Shown: piece by piece, positions 19,380 through 29,428 of the stretch
How the letters are laid out: each line of letters begins with the position of its first letter
Numbering within the stretch: the stretch's first letter is position 1
Assembly (NCBI GenBank): GCA_965279515.1
Contig: CBDIID010000003.1
Span: forward strand, 1,440,001-1,504,000
Length of the DNA stretch: 64,000 nucleotides
From: Turneriella sp.
GTDB taxonomy: Bacteria > Spirochaetota > Leptospiria > Turneriellales > Turneriellaceae
Reading direction: 5' to 3'
Made by a program: the position numbers and the translations under genes
The notes under the pieces: model-generated
What the model saw: only the letters and a program-made list of their open reading frames with translations
The model's database searches: none
Told to the model about the DNA's origin: nothing

Positions 19380-20402
19380 TTGATCGATATCGCGCTGCTG
19401 GCGGCGATGGTGCTGAGACTCGTACCTGCGTTGCAATCGCGAAAAGGTGTCTTCGCGATAGGGTTGCTGGTTACCAGCATAGCCTACCTCGCCGCGTGGC
19501 TTCTGCATCCTTATGAGTTACCGCGGGGCATGCGCCTCGGCCTGCTGCTGTGCGTAACGGCGCAGCCGGTATTTTTCTGGCTCGTTGCGAATGAGTTGTT
19601 TGACGATACTTTTCAGCTCCGCTGGTGGCACGGTGTCGCCATCGCGGGAAAATTTTTTCTCGCGGCAATATTGGTATTCGACCGAAAAATCGTTAACATC
19701 TTTACGCACTTTTCAGCGGAGGATTTTCCCCGTCTCATACCCAATTTTTTTTATACGCTGGCCTTTGTTTTCCATGCAGTCATTGTCGTTCTGCGTACCA
19801 ACCGCAGCGACCTCGTCGAACCGCGGCGCAGGCTGCGGCGCGCTGTTCTCATCGCCACTGCTTTTCTGATCCTGCAGGCACTGCTGGGTGCTGCGGTACT
19901 GCGGCCACTGGGCCTGGGGCTGTACTCCGATTGGTTCGCGCTGAGCGCCATCACCCTCGCGGCGTTTGCCGGTGTGGCATGGGGTGAAAAACTTTCAGGC
20001 GGTTTGTTTGTTTCCACTGAAAAACCGGCCACTGCCACGGACTCAGACCCTGCCATCATGCAGGCGGCGCTGACTGCCATGGAAAGCGAAGAACTCTTTC
20101 GCACCGAAGGCCTTACGGTAACGGCCCTCGCCGCCCGCCTCGGCGTACAGGAATACAAACTGCGCCGTGCCATCAATGCGGGTTTGGGCTACCGCAACTT
20201 CAACGAATACCTGAATTTTTACCGCATGCGCGCGGCAAAAAAATTCCTCGCCGAAAAAGAAAACAGCGATCTCCCGCTGATCCACCTGGCACTCGACCTG
20301 GGGTATCCTTCGCCTGCACCTTTTAACCGGGCATTCAAAGAGGCGACCGGCCTTGCACCGGGCGAGTATAGAAAACGTGCTTTAAGCAACCAGGAAAAAT
20401 AA
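19380..20402 (+). CDS. Membrane-anchored AraC-family regulator
   Basis: About six TM helices, then LRRAINAGLGYRNFNEYLN...GYPSPAPFNRAFK HTH. Confidence 0.9.
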   Translation: MIDIALLAAMVLRLVPALQSRKGVFAIGLLVTSIAYLAAWLLHPYELPRGMRLGLLLCVTAQPVFFWLVANELFDDTFQLRWWHGVAIAGKFFLAAILVFDRKIVNIFTHFSAEDFPRLIPNFFYTLAFVFHAVIVVLRTNRSDLVEPRRRLRRAVLIATAFLILQALLGAAVLRPLGLGLYSDWFALSAITLAAFAGVAWGEKLSGGLFVSTEKPATATDSDPAIMQAALTAMESEELFRTEGLTVTALAARLGVQEYKLRRAINAGLGYRNFNEYLNFYRMRAAKKFLAEKENSDLPLIHLALDLGYPSPAPFNRAFKEATGLAPGEYRKRALSNQEK

Positions 20403-20415
20403 CCGGACAGAGCGG

Positions 20416-21006
20416 TTATTTCCGGTATTCTTTCTCAAATAGTTCTTTCTCGACGGCTGCGCAGAGAATATGGCCGATGAGAATATGGCATTCCTGGATG
20501 CGCGGCGTTTCATCTGAAGGCACACCGATCCAGTAATCGACCATATCTTTCATTTTGCCGCCCGAACGACCCGTGAGGCCGATCGTCTTGATACCCAGCT
20601 TTTTTGCGGATTCGAGCGATTTGATGACATTCTTCGAGTTACCGGAAGTCGAAATCGCGATGTAAAAATCGCCTGCCTGGCCGTTGGCCTCAATCTGGCG
20701 TGAGAATAGCAGTTCATAACCATAATCGTTGCCGATCGCCGTCAAGGCTGAGGTGTCGGTTGTAAGAGCGATAGAGGCCAGCGCCGGGCGGTCAAAATAA
20801 AACCGGCTGACGAACTCGGCGGCGATGTGCTGTGCATCCGCCGCGCTGCCGCCATTACCCGCAATCAGCGTTTTCTTACCCGCGCGGTATGCGGCAATCA
20901 GTTCGGCGGCGACTTTGTCCAGAAGTTCGATGTTTTTTTCATCTTTGAGATAGGCTTCTTTTACGGCAATCGACGCCTTCACCTGATCACGGATATAGTC
21001 TTTCAT
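20416..21006 (-). CDS. gmhA: D-sedoheptulose 7-phosphate isomerase
   Basis: GNGGSAADAQH, NDYGY, STSGNS, TPRIQECH. Confidence 0.96.
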   Translation of the reverse strand: MKDYIRDQVKASIAVKEAYLKDEKNIELLDKVAAELIAAYRAGKKTLIAGNGGSAADAQHIAAEFVSRFYFDRPALASIALTTDTSALTAIGNDYGYELLFSRQIEANGQAGDFYIAISTSGNSKNVIKSLESAKKLGIKTIGLTGRSGGKMKDMVDYWIGVPSDETPRIQECHILIGHILCAAVEKELFEKEYRK

Positions 21007-21028
21007 TGGATTCAATATAATAAAACTT

Positions 21029-21931
21029 TCATGAGCCGAAAAGCTTTTTGAATTCAGGGGGTAGCGGCGCCTCGAGTGTAACATCGGTCCCTGCAGGCGT
21101 GCGGAAGCTTAAACGCTCAGCATGGAGCATCAGGCGTGCTGCCTCTTCGCCGCCATAGGTTTTATCGCCCAGGATCGGCAAGCCCTGCTCTGAAAGATGC
21201 ACCCGCAGCTGATGGGTTCGGCCGGTTATCGGCTGTGCCCGAATCAGGGCCAGTTTTCCCTTTTGCTCCAAAAGCTCAAACCGGCTGTAAGCAAAATCAC
21301 CCTCGCCCTTTGTCGAATGGTAGCGGTTGCGTTTTTTCTCGGCACGCGCCAGCTGGTTTTTCACTTCCCAGTTTTTTTGCGGGGGGGGATTTACCACTGT
21401 GCAAACGGCAAGATATTCTTTCTGAATCAGGCTTTCCTGGAAAAGTTTGGCGGCAAAGGAGTTCATGGCCTCGTCGGTGGTGAAAAGAATACAACCCGAA
21501 GTCGGGGCATCCAGCCGGTGATGGATACCAATATACTGCTCTTTGCCGAGCAGAACATGGAGCGCCGCAATCAGGTTGTCGCGCGCGTTATCGAGCGTCG
21601 GTACCGTCGGCAGGTTCGCCGGTTTATTGACGACGATGAGACCACCTTCTTTGTATAGAATATCTTTCTCCGTTAGGCTGGGAAACTCCAGCTGCACCGA
21701 GCGTATTTTTTCAGGATTATATTCAATGCGCACCTCACTGCCCTTAAAGACGGGTTTTGAAGCGATGCGGCAGCGGCTGCCGTTGAGATAACACGCGCCA
21801 ATCATCACAAGCTTGCGCGCCATCGATTTGGAAATACCGCCAGCAACCTTGTCGGCGAGCAGCGCATGCACAACCTTGTCGAGCCGCTGGTCTTTCAGCG
21901 CGCCCTCGATCTTGAAACTGTAAGAAGCCAC
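21029..21931 (-). CDS. RluA-family pseudouridine synthase
   Basis: N-terminal S4-like domain, VNKP, HRLDAPTSG, TGRTHQLRVH, LMLHA. Confidence 0.93.
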   Translation of the reverse strand: MASYSFKIEGALKDQRLDKVVHALLADKVAGGISKSMARKLVMIGACYLNGSRCRIASKPVFKGSEVRIEYNPEKIRSVQLEFPSLTEKDILYKEGGLIVVNKPANLPTVPTLDNARDNLIAALHVLLGKEQYIGIHHRLDAPTSGCILFTTDEAMNSFAAKLFQESLIQKEYLAVCTVVNPPPQKNWEVKNQLARAEKKRNRYHSTKGEGDFAYSRFELLEQKGKLALIRAQPITGRTHQLRVHLSEQGLPILGDKTYGGEEAARLMLHAERLSFRTPAGTDVTLEAPLPPEFKKLFGS

Positions 21932-23188
21932 TTAGGCGAGCTTGGCGTCAATGGCCGCCCAATCGATGTTGCCGTCAGCGGTCTGGTGGTATTCCAATAG
22001 CGCCGCGACCAGGCGGCCCGCCGCAACACCCGAACCATTGATGGTATGCACGTATTCGTTTTTGCCCGCCGCATTTTTGTAACGGATCTTCGCCCGGCGT
22101 GCCTGGAAATCCTTGAAGTTCGAGCACGAAGAAATTTCGAGCCAGCGTTTCAGGCCAGGCATGTAGATTTCGAGGTCATAAGTGATGGAAGATGTAAATC
22201 CGACATCGCCTGAACACAGGCTGAGTACACGGTACGTCAGGCCCAGCTTCTGCAGAATATTTTCTGCGTCGCCCGTCAGCGCCTGCCATTCTTTTTCCGA
22301 ATCTTCGGGGCGCACAAACTTCACGAGCTCAACCTTGTAGAACTGGTGCACGCGCACAAGCCCCCGCGTGTCTTTGCCCGCGCTGCCCGCTTCGCGGCGA
22401 AAACAGGGTGTGAAGGCCATGAGTTTGATAGGCAACTCAGCTTCCGTTAAAATCTCGTCAGAATAAATATTCGTGAGCGGTACCTCGGCCGTGGGGATCA
22501 GGGAAAGGCCGTCGTCGCGTATTCGGTAATACTCATCATTAAACTTCGGGAATTGCCCTGTGCCGAACATACACTCGTCTTTGACAATGAGCGGCACGTT
22601 GCGCTCGCTGTAACCCGCAGCGCCGTGCTGATCAAGCATCCAGTTCGAGAGTTTGCGCTCGAGCCGGGCAATGCGGTCATTGTAGATATAGAAGCGTGTG
22701 CCTGAAATCTTCACGCCGCGTTCAAAATCCACCAGGCCGTGCGCTTCGGCGACTTCGAAATGCGGTTTCACATCGAAAGAAAATTCCGGCACTTCGCCCA
22801 CGGTGCGCACAACAATATTCGCCGTTTCGTCTTTTCCTTCGGGAACCTTATCATCGAGTATGTTGGGCAGGCGCGCCAGCAAGGCCTGGAAATTTTCTTC
22901 GACCACCGTCTCTTCTTCTTTCAGCACCTTCAGGCGATCGGCGACGCCTTTCATGGTTTCGCGCAGTGCATCGAACTCGGCCTGTTTACCCTGCGCCTTG
23001 AGTTCGCCGAGCTTTTTAGACTGCGTGTTACGCTCATTGGACAAAGCTTCGGTTTCGCGGATGACGGAGCGGCGTTTCTCCGCGACAACCTTGAGGTTTT
23101 CGGCACCGGTTGTATCGCCGCGCTTCGCGAGGCTACGCAGTACTTGCTGAAACCCCTCGTCGGTGCGGAGAAGCTGAAGGTCGATCAT
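21932..23188 (-). CDS. serS: Serine--tRNA ligase
   Basis: LIPTAEVPL, FRREAGSAGKDTRGLVRVHQF, EISSCSN, HTINGSG. Confidence 0.98.
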   Translation of the reverse strand: MIDLQLLRTDEGFQQVLRSLAKRGDTTGAENLKVVAEKRRSVIRETEALSNERNTQSKKLGELKAQGKQAEFDALRETMKGVADRLKVLKEEETVVEENFQALLARLPNILDDKVPEGKDETANIVVRTVGEVPEFSFDVKPHFEVAEAHGLVDFERGVKISGTRFYIYNDRIARLERKLSNWMLDQHGAAGYSERNVPLIVKDECMFGTGQFPKFNDEYYRIRDDGLSLIPTAEVPLTNIYSDEILTEAELPIKLMAFTPCFRREAGSAGKDTRGLVRVHQFYKVELVKFVRPEDSEKEWQALTGDAENILQKLGLTYRVLSLCSGDVGFTSSITYDLEIYMPGLKRWLEISSCSNFKDFQARRAKIRYKNAAGKNEYVHTINGSGVAAGRLVAALLEYHQTADGNIDWAAIDAKLA

Positions 23189-23224
23189 GGGAAAAAGTCG
23201 GATTTCCAGACAGGGCGAAAAGTA

Positions 23225-23911
23225 TTAACCCGGGGCTGCGGCCAAAAGCCGTTCAGCGATATTTTGCGCATTACCGGGATCAATCCTATTGCCGAGGAAG
23301 AGACATAAATCGGGAAAAGTTTCTGGCAGGTTTTTCTCAATATCTTCAAACGAAGTCGTCACGACGCCGAATTCGCCGTAAAGGCCTGCGAGAGCAGAAT
23401 AAAACACGCTCAAATCGTTATTGGCGATAGGTAGGATTGCCAGCGTACGGTGGAGCGTATGGTCCGAGGCAAGGCGGGCATACTCGAACGTGGACGCCGT
23501 CTCCGCCCAGAGAAAGAAATCCCCCCGGTGCGCCTTGCGGTCTTTGGCGAGGCAGTCATAACTTAAACAAATGCCCTCGCCGTAAAAAGAAAAATTCTGC
23601 GGGTGGGGCCAAAGAGCGATCTGCGGGTGGGGCGACCCGACGGGATGGAGCAGACAACCCGTTTTTTCACCGCGCACATAACCGATAAACGGGCAGACAT
23701 AGATTTCGTCGCGCACGCGGTTCGGCAGCGTCGCGGCCTCACGCTCTTTGCGAAAATTCACAATATTCGCGGCCTGTGCAATATCGAGGGCAAGAAACTG
23801 ATCGGTGTTCTGCTGAATCCACGCGCGACGCCCGGCATCGTCGCCCTTGAGATTAAAAAGCCCGCAGCAGGCACTGCAAGACCTGGTTTCACCCATGCAG
23901 GGGTTTTGCAT
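23225..23911 (-). CDS. Cys-rich hypothetical protein (possible metal binding)
   Basis: CSACCG, CPF, GCLLHP, ICLSYDC. Confidence 0.7.
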   Translation of the reverse strand: MQNPCMGETRSCSACCGLFNLKGDDAGRRAWIQQNTDQFLALDIAQAANIVNFRKEREAATLPNRVRDEIYVCPFIGYVRGEKTGCLLHPVGSPHPQIALWPHPQNFSFYGEGICLSYDCLAKDRKAHRGDFFLWAETASTFEYARLASDHTLHRTLAILPIANNDLSVFYSALAGLYGEFGVVTTSFEDIEKNLPETFPDLCLFLGNRIDPGNAQNIAERLLAAAPG

Positions 23912-23913
23912 AG

Positions 23914-25971
23914 CTACCCTGAACGATCGCGGTAAAGGCGTGCGACCTTGTCTGCGGGATTTTTTTCGAGGACTTTTTCGAAGGCAGCCGATGCTGCTCT
24001 AAAATCTTTTGCGTAAAAAAAACTGACGCCGTCGTTAAAATCACCCAGCGTCGCCGCGTGCAGATCCAAAACATAATCGCTTTGTCCGTCGAGCACTTCA
24101 TAGATCTCAATCTTTTCTGACTTACCCCGGATAGGCATACGCCCCAGGTAACGCTGGTGAAAACGGCCGGTATCGCCGATCTGTGCAAAGAGCGAACCGC
24201 TAACGAGGACCGAGGCGCCGAGCTTTTTGGTGAGGTGCTCGATGCGCGAAGTGACATTGACGGTATCGGAGATCACAGTACTGTCCATGCGCTCGGCTTC
24301 TCCGATGGTACCGAGGTAAAGCTTACCTGCATGCAAGCCGACCCCGATCTTTACCGGCTCAAAATTTTTCTTGAGCCGGTGGTGATTGAAGTCGCGCAGT
24401 TCCCGCTGCATATCAATGGCCGTGAGTAGTGCCGCATCGGGCTTATCGGGAAAAAGCGCCATGACGGCGTCGCCGATATACTTGTCGATAAAGCCGCCGT
24501 TCTTGCGCACACTCGGCCCGACCCGCCGCAGGTAGGAATTCAGAAAGCCAAAATTTTCTCGCGGCGACATGGTCTCTGACAGAGCCGTGAATGAGCGGAT
24601 ATCGGAAAAAAGCACGGCCATCTGCCGCTCAACGGCGTCACCCAGCACGACATCCTCGATGTTGTCTTTGCCGAGATAGGTCAGAAACTGCTGCGGCACG
24701 AAACGCGCAAAAGCTTCGGCCATGCGGCGCTCCTTACCCAGGGCACGTTCCTGCTCATCGACAAGGTTTTTGAGCGCACGCTCGCGTTCGTCCTTGAGTT
24801 GGCGCAGCCGGTCGCCGAGCGCGAGGGAGAGCAGAATCATTTCAGCAGCTGAACCGATCTGCATGCTGTACCGCGCCACGAAACCGTCGGGTACCCAGCC
24901 AAAATTACGCAGCGTAAAGAGGGCCCCGCCAACCAAAAGCAATGTCCAGGAGAGCAGATAATAGCGTGCGGGCTTGTAGCCCTTGAGCAATGAATAGACG
25001 CCGCTCACAATCATGAGCGGAAGCCCGATCAGCGCCATCACATTCGAGATAAAAATTGCTGCCATGTACTTCGTAAAAAGATGAGAAAACGCCGCGACCA
25101 ACGCCGCGCAGAAAACGGTAATGAAGACAATCCGCAAGACCTTGTGTGCTTCGCCGATACGCAAGAAGTAATAAGAAAACACAATTCCCGTTGCAATCGA
25201 TAGTTCGGTAAAAAATGGCGGGGCGGTGTTGGTCAGCCAGACCATCGACCCCGTCAGGTACTGCGGCAAATAACCGTTCAGGGACAGGTTCATGAAACCG
25301 ACGGCAATAAGGAAAATGACGTACAGAACATAGTTCGTATCGCGGGCGCTGATATAGAGAAAAAGGTTATACAAAATCATCACGATGATAATACCGTAAT
25401 AGATGCCGAAGGCGAACTGCTCATTGATCGTCTGCTGAGTCTGTTCGGCCTCACTGATAACGGAGATCGGCACATTGAAAGCGCTCTCTGATTGTACGCG
25501 GATAAAGATATCATTACCTTCGCCGTGCGCGACATGTACGGGAAAAATGAAATGGCGGTGACTGAGATAGCGAGACGAAAACGGAAACAGATCCCCGCCG
25601 ATTTTTGCATCGAGGTCGCCTGTCAGGGGGTCTTTATGATAGACTTCAATATTATCGAGGTGTGGGTAAGCGATTTTTACCAGCCAGCGCGTGCCATCAG
25701 GAGCCTGATCGCTGAGGCGAACGCGGAACCACCACGCCGATGAGGTAAAACCGAAATTCAGGGATTTTTTTCCGTTCTGCTTCCAGCGCTCTGCGGGCAA
25801 TAAGACGATTTCAGGATAGGTCAGCTTCGCCGTCTTATCTTCCAGGGAACTCACAAATTCCTCAAGCGGATACTGCTTAAGGGAATCACTGAGCGCGAGC
25901 GCACCGAGCTGAGCGGGCAGAACAATCAGCATAAACAATACAAAGCAGGATCGGATTCGGTTGTACATCAT
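23914..25971 (-). CDS. 7TM-DISM adenylate/guanylate cyclase
   Basis: DISMED2 (LNFGFTSSAWW), 7TM region, FSDIRSFT, DKYIGDAVMALF, SDTVNVTSRIE. Confidence 0.92.
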   Translation of the reverse strand: MMYNRIRSCFVLFMLIVLPAQLGALALSDSLKQYPLEEFVSSLEDKTAKLTYPEIVLLPAERWKQNGKKSLNFGFTSSAWWFRVRLSDQAPDGTRWLVKIAYPHLDNIEVYHKDPLTGDLDAKIGGDLFPFSSRYLSHRHFIFPVHVAHGEGNDIFIRVQSESAFNVPISVISEAEQTQQTINEQFAFGIYYGIIIVMILYNLFLYISARDTNYVLYVIFLIAVGFMNLSLNGYLPQYLTGSMVWLTNTAPPFFTELSIATGIVFSYYFLRIGEAHKVLRIVFITVFCAALVAAFSHLFTKYMAAIFISNVMALIGLPLMIVSGVYSLLKGYKPARYYLLSWTLLLVGGALFTLRNFGWVPDGFVARYSMQIGSAAEMILLSLALGDRLRQLKDERERALKNLVDEQERALGKERRMAEAFARFVPQQFLTYLGKDNIEDVVLGDAVERQMAVLFSDIRSFTALSETMSPRENFGFLNSYLRRVGPSVRKNGGFIDKYIGDAVMALFPDKPDAALLTAIDMQRELRDFNHHRLKKNFEPVKIGVGLHAGKLYLGTIGEAERMDSTVISDTVNVTSRIEHLTKKLGASVLVSGSLFAQIGDTGRFHQRYLGRMPIRGKSEKIEIYEVLDGQSDYVLDLHAATLGDFNDGVSFFYAKDFRAASAAFEKVLEKNPADKVARLYRDRSG

Positions 25972-26049
25972 GCCTCTATGCCCCTCTGAAACCTTGGTCG
26001 ACAACGGCAATCGAATACTACAAAAAACACTGCGCGCATACCATTTCTC

Positions 26050-26077
26050 TTGACGGAGCATCACAGGGACATAACGT
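26050..26077 (+). promoter_or_regulatory. Putative sigma70 promoter, leaderless
   Basis: TTGACG-16-TAACGT, ATG 5 nt downstream. Confidence 0.4.
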
Positions 26078-26082
26078 CTGGG

Positions 26083-26733
26083 ATGCAAATCACCAGACTT
26101 TCACTTTTTATCATCGTCATTGCCGCATGTTTTACCGGCGCTGCCGCGAAAACACTCACAATCGAAAGCCCCTCTTACATGTCAGCCCTGGAGCTGGCCG
26201 TACTCGAAGAGCTCAACCTCGCCCGCACTAATCCACAGACCTACGCTAAACTGCTCGAAGATTACCGCGCTACTTTCAAGGGTAAAATCGCCAAGCGCCC
26301 GGGCAAAATTGATCTTCTGACCAGCGAGGGCACGCGCGCTGTCGACGAAGCAATACGCGCGCTCAAAAAACAATCCCCCATGGATGCCATGCGGCCTTCG
26401 AAAGGCATGTCGCTCGGCGCCCGCGACCACGTCAAAGATATCGGCCCCAAGGGAATCACGGGACACAACGGCTCAGATGGCTCAAAGCCCTTCGACCGCA
26501 TCAACCGCTACGGCACATGGCAGCAGACGGCCGGTGAAAATATCAGCTTTGGCAACGACGAAGGCCGCGCGGTGTTAATCCAACTGATCGTAGACGACGC
26601 CGTGGCGAACCGCGGCCACCGCAAAAACATCTATAAAAAGGAATTCAACCGCGTGGGCATCGCCTGCGGCCCGCACAAAGTTTATGGCACGATGTGCGTG
26701 CAGACCTTTGCCGGCGAATACGTCGAAAAATAA
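26083..26733 (+). CDS. CAP (SCP-like) domain secreted protein
   Basis: GHNGSDGS, GENISFG, GHRKNI, VGIACGPH. Confidence 0.9.
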   Translation: MQITRLSLFIIVIAACFTGAAAKTLTIESPSYMSALELAVLEELNLARTNPQTYAKLLEDYRATFKGKIAKRPGKIDLLTSEGTRAVDEAIRALKKQSPMDAMRPSKGMSLGARDHVKDIGPKGITGHNGSDGSKPFDRINRYGTWQQTAGENISFGNDEGRAVLIQLIVDDAVANRGHRKNIYKKEFNRVGIACGPHKVYGTMCVQTFAGEYVEK

Positions 26734-26739
26734 CCGGGC

Positions 26740-27030
26740 TTAGTTCGGGCGCTTAGCCACCAGGCCGCGGATTGCTGAAAACAGCGACGCCGCGATGATA
26801 AACAAAATTCCCAGCGCGATAAAAATCAGCGCGCCGGTCAGCTTGGGGTAATACTTTCCGTTGTTGTGCGCCGCCTGCCAGCGGATGAAATCCGCGATGG
26901 GCCAGGGAGCGGCTATCAGCAGGTAGATCGTCGCCGCTGTCAGTGACAGCAGGGTAATGGCAATGGCAGCAATCCGCCATTTTTCAACCGGCCGCGGCGC
27001 AGGATTTTTTCCGGAATCGACCCGGTCCAT
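26740..27030 (-). CDS. Small membrane protein
   Basis: Two hydrophobic helices; 3 bp downstream of ALDH stop. Confidence 0.6.
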   Translation of the reverse strand: MDRVDSGKNPAPRPVEKWRIAAIAITLLSLTAATIYLLIAAPWPIADFIRWQAAHNNGKYYPKLTGALIFIALGILFIIAASLFSAIRGLVAKRPN

Positions 27031-27033
27031 GGC

Positions 27034-28584
27034 TTATTCGACTTTACAGTAGTCGAGTAGGCCCTGTTTGCCGCCTTCGCGGCCATAACCCGATTCTTTG
27101 TAGCCGCCAAAGGGCGACGTCGGGTCAAACTTGTTGAAGGTATTGATCCACACGACGCCTGCACGCACAGCATTGGCGATCTTCATCGCCTTCGACCCCT
27201 TGTCGGTCCAGATGCCGGCCGAAAGGCCATACTGCGTGTTGTTGGCTTTTTCAATTGCCTCTTCGGGAGTGCGGAAAGTCATCACAGAAAGCACCGGCCC
27301 GAAAATTTCTTCGCGCGCGATGCGGCTCGAAGATGTCACATTGGTAAAGAACGTCGGCTGAAACCAGAAACCCTTGTCAGGTAACTTGCCCGCCTTCTGG
27401 TGCATGACTGCGCCTTCGGCAACGCCGGCATCGGCGAGTTCGCAGATTTTCGTGAGCTGCATCTTCGAGTTGATCGCACCGATGTCAGTGTTTTTATCGA
27501 GGGGATTTCCCACGCGCAGTGTCTGCAGCCGACGGAAAAGTTTTTTCACCACCACGTCGTGGATGGATTCCTGCACGAGCAGGCGGCTGCCCGCGCAGCA
27601 GACATGGCCCTGGTTAAAATAGATACCGTTGACGATACCTTCTACCGCCTGATCGAGCGCGGCATCTTCGAAGATAATGTTCGCGGCCTTGCCACCCAGC
27701 TCTAACGTCATCTTCTTGCCTGAACCGGCAAGGGACTGCTGTATTCTTTTGCCGACGGCGGTTGAACCGGTGAAGGCTACTTTATTCACATCGCTGTGTG
27801 AGACTACGGCAGCACCCGATGCGCCGGCACCGGTGACGATATTCACCACACCATCGGGAAGTTCGGCTTCCTGGAGAATCTGTGCGAGAAAAAGCGAGGT
27901 CAAAGGAGTCGTTTCAGCGGGCTTCAGCACCACCGTGTTACCGCAGGCGAGCGCCGGCGCGAGTTTCCACGCGGCCATGAGCAAAGGAAAGTTCCAGGGA
28001 ATCACCTGCCCGGCGACACCCAGGGGCTTCAGCTTGCGGCCAGGAAATGCATAGTCAAGCTTGTCGGCCCAACCTGCGTAATAGAAAAAATGCGCGGCTG
28101 CCAGGGGTACATCCACATCGCGCGATTCGCGTATCGGCTTACCCCCGTCGATGCTCTCGAGCACTGCCAGCTCGCGCGCGCGGTCTTGAATAAGGCGGGC
28201 GATACGGTAAATATATTTTGCGCGTTCTTTGCCCGGTAATTTCGACCAGACCTTGTTATAAGCGCCGCGTGCCGCTTTAACGGCGAGGTCAACGTCGGCT
28301 TCGTTGGCTTCAGCGATTTCGGCGATCTTTTGCTCTGTCGCCGGGTTGATCGTCGGAAAATATTTGCCGCTCTGCGGCGCTACAAACTTGCCGTTGATAA
28401 AAAGATTGTATTTCGGTGCAATCTTGACAATCGACGACGACTCGATGCTTTCGGCATATTCCCACGCCTTACCGAATTGAATGATATCGGCTGCGGGCGC
28501 CGATGCCTTAATCACAGCCGCCGTTTTTTTCGGGGCAGCGGCCTTGACAGCGACGGATTTACTTTTGGATTTCTTGCCCGCCAT
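27034..28584 (-). CDS. Aldehyde dehydrogenase
   Basis: PWNFP, FTGST, LELGGK, CCAGSR, EEIFGPV, FGGYKESG. Confidence 0.96.
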   Translation of the reverse strand: MAGKKSKSKSVAVKAAAPKKTAAVIKASAPAADIIQFGKAWEYAESIESSSIVKIAPKYNLFINGKFVAPQSGKYFPTINPATEQKIAEIAEANEADVDLAVKAARGAYNKVWSKLPGKERAKYIYRIARLIQDRARELAVLESIDGGKPIRESRDVDVPLAAAHFFYYAGWADKLDYAFPGRKLKPLGVAGQVIPWNFPLLMAAWKLAPALACGNTVVLKPAETTPLTSLFLAQILQEAELPDGVVNIVTGAGASGAAVVSHSDVNKVAFTGSTAVGKRIQQSLAGSGKKMTLELGGKAANIIFEDAALDQAVEGIVNGIYFNQGHVCCAGSRLLVQESIHDVVVKKLFRRLQTLRVGNPLDKNTDIGAINSKMQLTKICELADAGVAEGAVMHQKAGKLPDKGFWFQPTFFTNVTSSSRIAREEIFGPVLSVMTFRTPEEAIEKANNTQYGLSAGIWTDKGSKAMKIANAVRAGVVWINTFNKFDPTSPFGGYKESGYGREGGKQGLLDYCKVE

Positions 28585-28585
28585 A

Positions 28586-29386
28586 TTACCTCTGTTTATT
28601 TTTATCTGTCGGCAGATCGGGAAGATTCAGGGCCTCGATCGCCTCATGCAGAAACATCACGGTGAAGCGCGCCGTTTCACGCACGGTTTTGCCGTGGAAA
28701 AAATTTGCGGTTTCAAGCCGGGTATCGACCATAATGGTATCGTCTTTGTTGAAACACTTCGGACCATTGGCCTGGACATCTTCATAGACGTTCTTCCAGA
28801 AGTCATAGATTTTTTTCAGGAAGGTGCCGCCGTCGAACATGAACTGGCGCTGCTGGCGCGTGCGCATGTCGCGCAGCTGCGCCTTGGAGTCTTCGCGCAC
28901 CGCACGGTTATAGTCTTCGATCGTCTCGACCAGAATCTTCATCTGGCGCTTGAGACTTTCGAGGATGGTAAAATGTGTATCGCGTTCGGCTGAAAGCGCA
29001 AAGTCGAGTTTAATTTTACCCAACGCGGGGTAGAAGGTATTTTCCCAGGCATTGAGCACGCTGCCGAGAATATTGACTTCGAGCTCGTCGGAGTTCGGAG
29101 TGATACGCGCCATCGGCATTTTACCGAGTGTGGGGTAATTATCGCCGATATCTTCGATGCTCTTTTTCTTACCATAGACCGGGCCGGTTGAAGGGTTACT
29201 GGCAAGAAACTGGTCGGCCCCGCCACCAGGGGCAATCGACTCTATTTTATCGCGGATTTTTTTGAGCTCGATCTTGGCCTTATTTTGCTGCTCTGCATTG
29301 CGCGAAGTACGGATAATACCCTCGTACTGGCGCGAAAGTTTTTGCAGGGTCAAAAGCTCCGTTTTCTGGGCTTCGCTGAGGGACAT
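28586..29386 (-). CDS. Hypothetical protein
   Basis: 266-aa ORF with host-like codon usage in operon with carA and ALDH. Confidence 0.8.
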   Translation of the reverse strand: MSLSEAQKTELLTLQKLSRQYEGIIRTSRNAEQQNKAKIELKKIRDKIESIAPGGGADQFLASNPSTGPVYGKKKSIEDIGDNYPTLGKMPMARITPNSDELEVNILGSVLNAWENTFYPALGKIKLDFALSAERDTHFTILESLKRQMKILVETIEDYNRAVREDSKAQLRDMRTRQQRQFMFDGGTFLKKIYDFWKNVYEDVQANGPKCFNKDDTIMVDTRLETANFFHGKTVRETARFTVMFLHEAIEALNLPDLPTDKNKQR

Positions 29387-29428
29387 GCGTTAGGGCGAGC
29401 CCGGCGGCTTTGCTGTAAAGCAAAAAGC

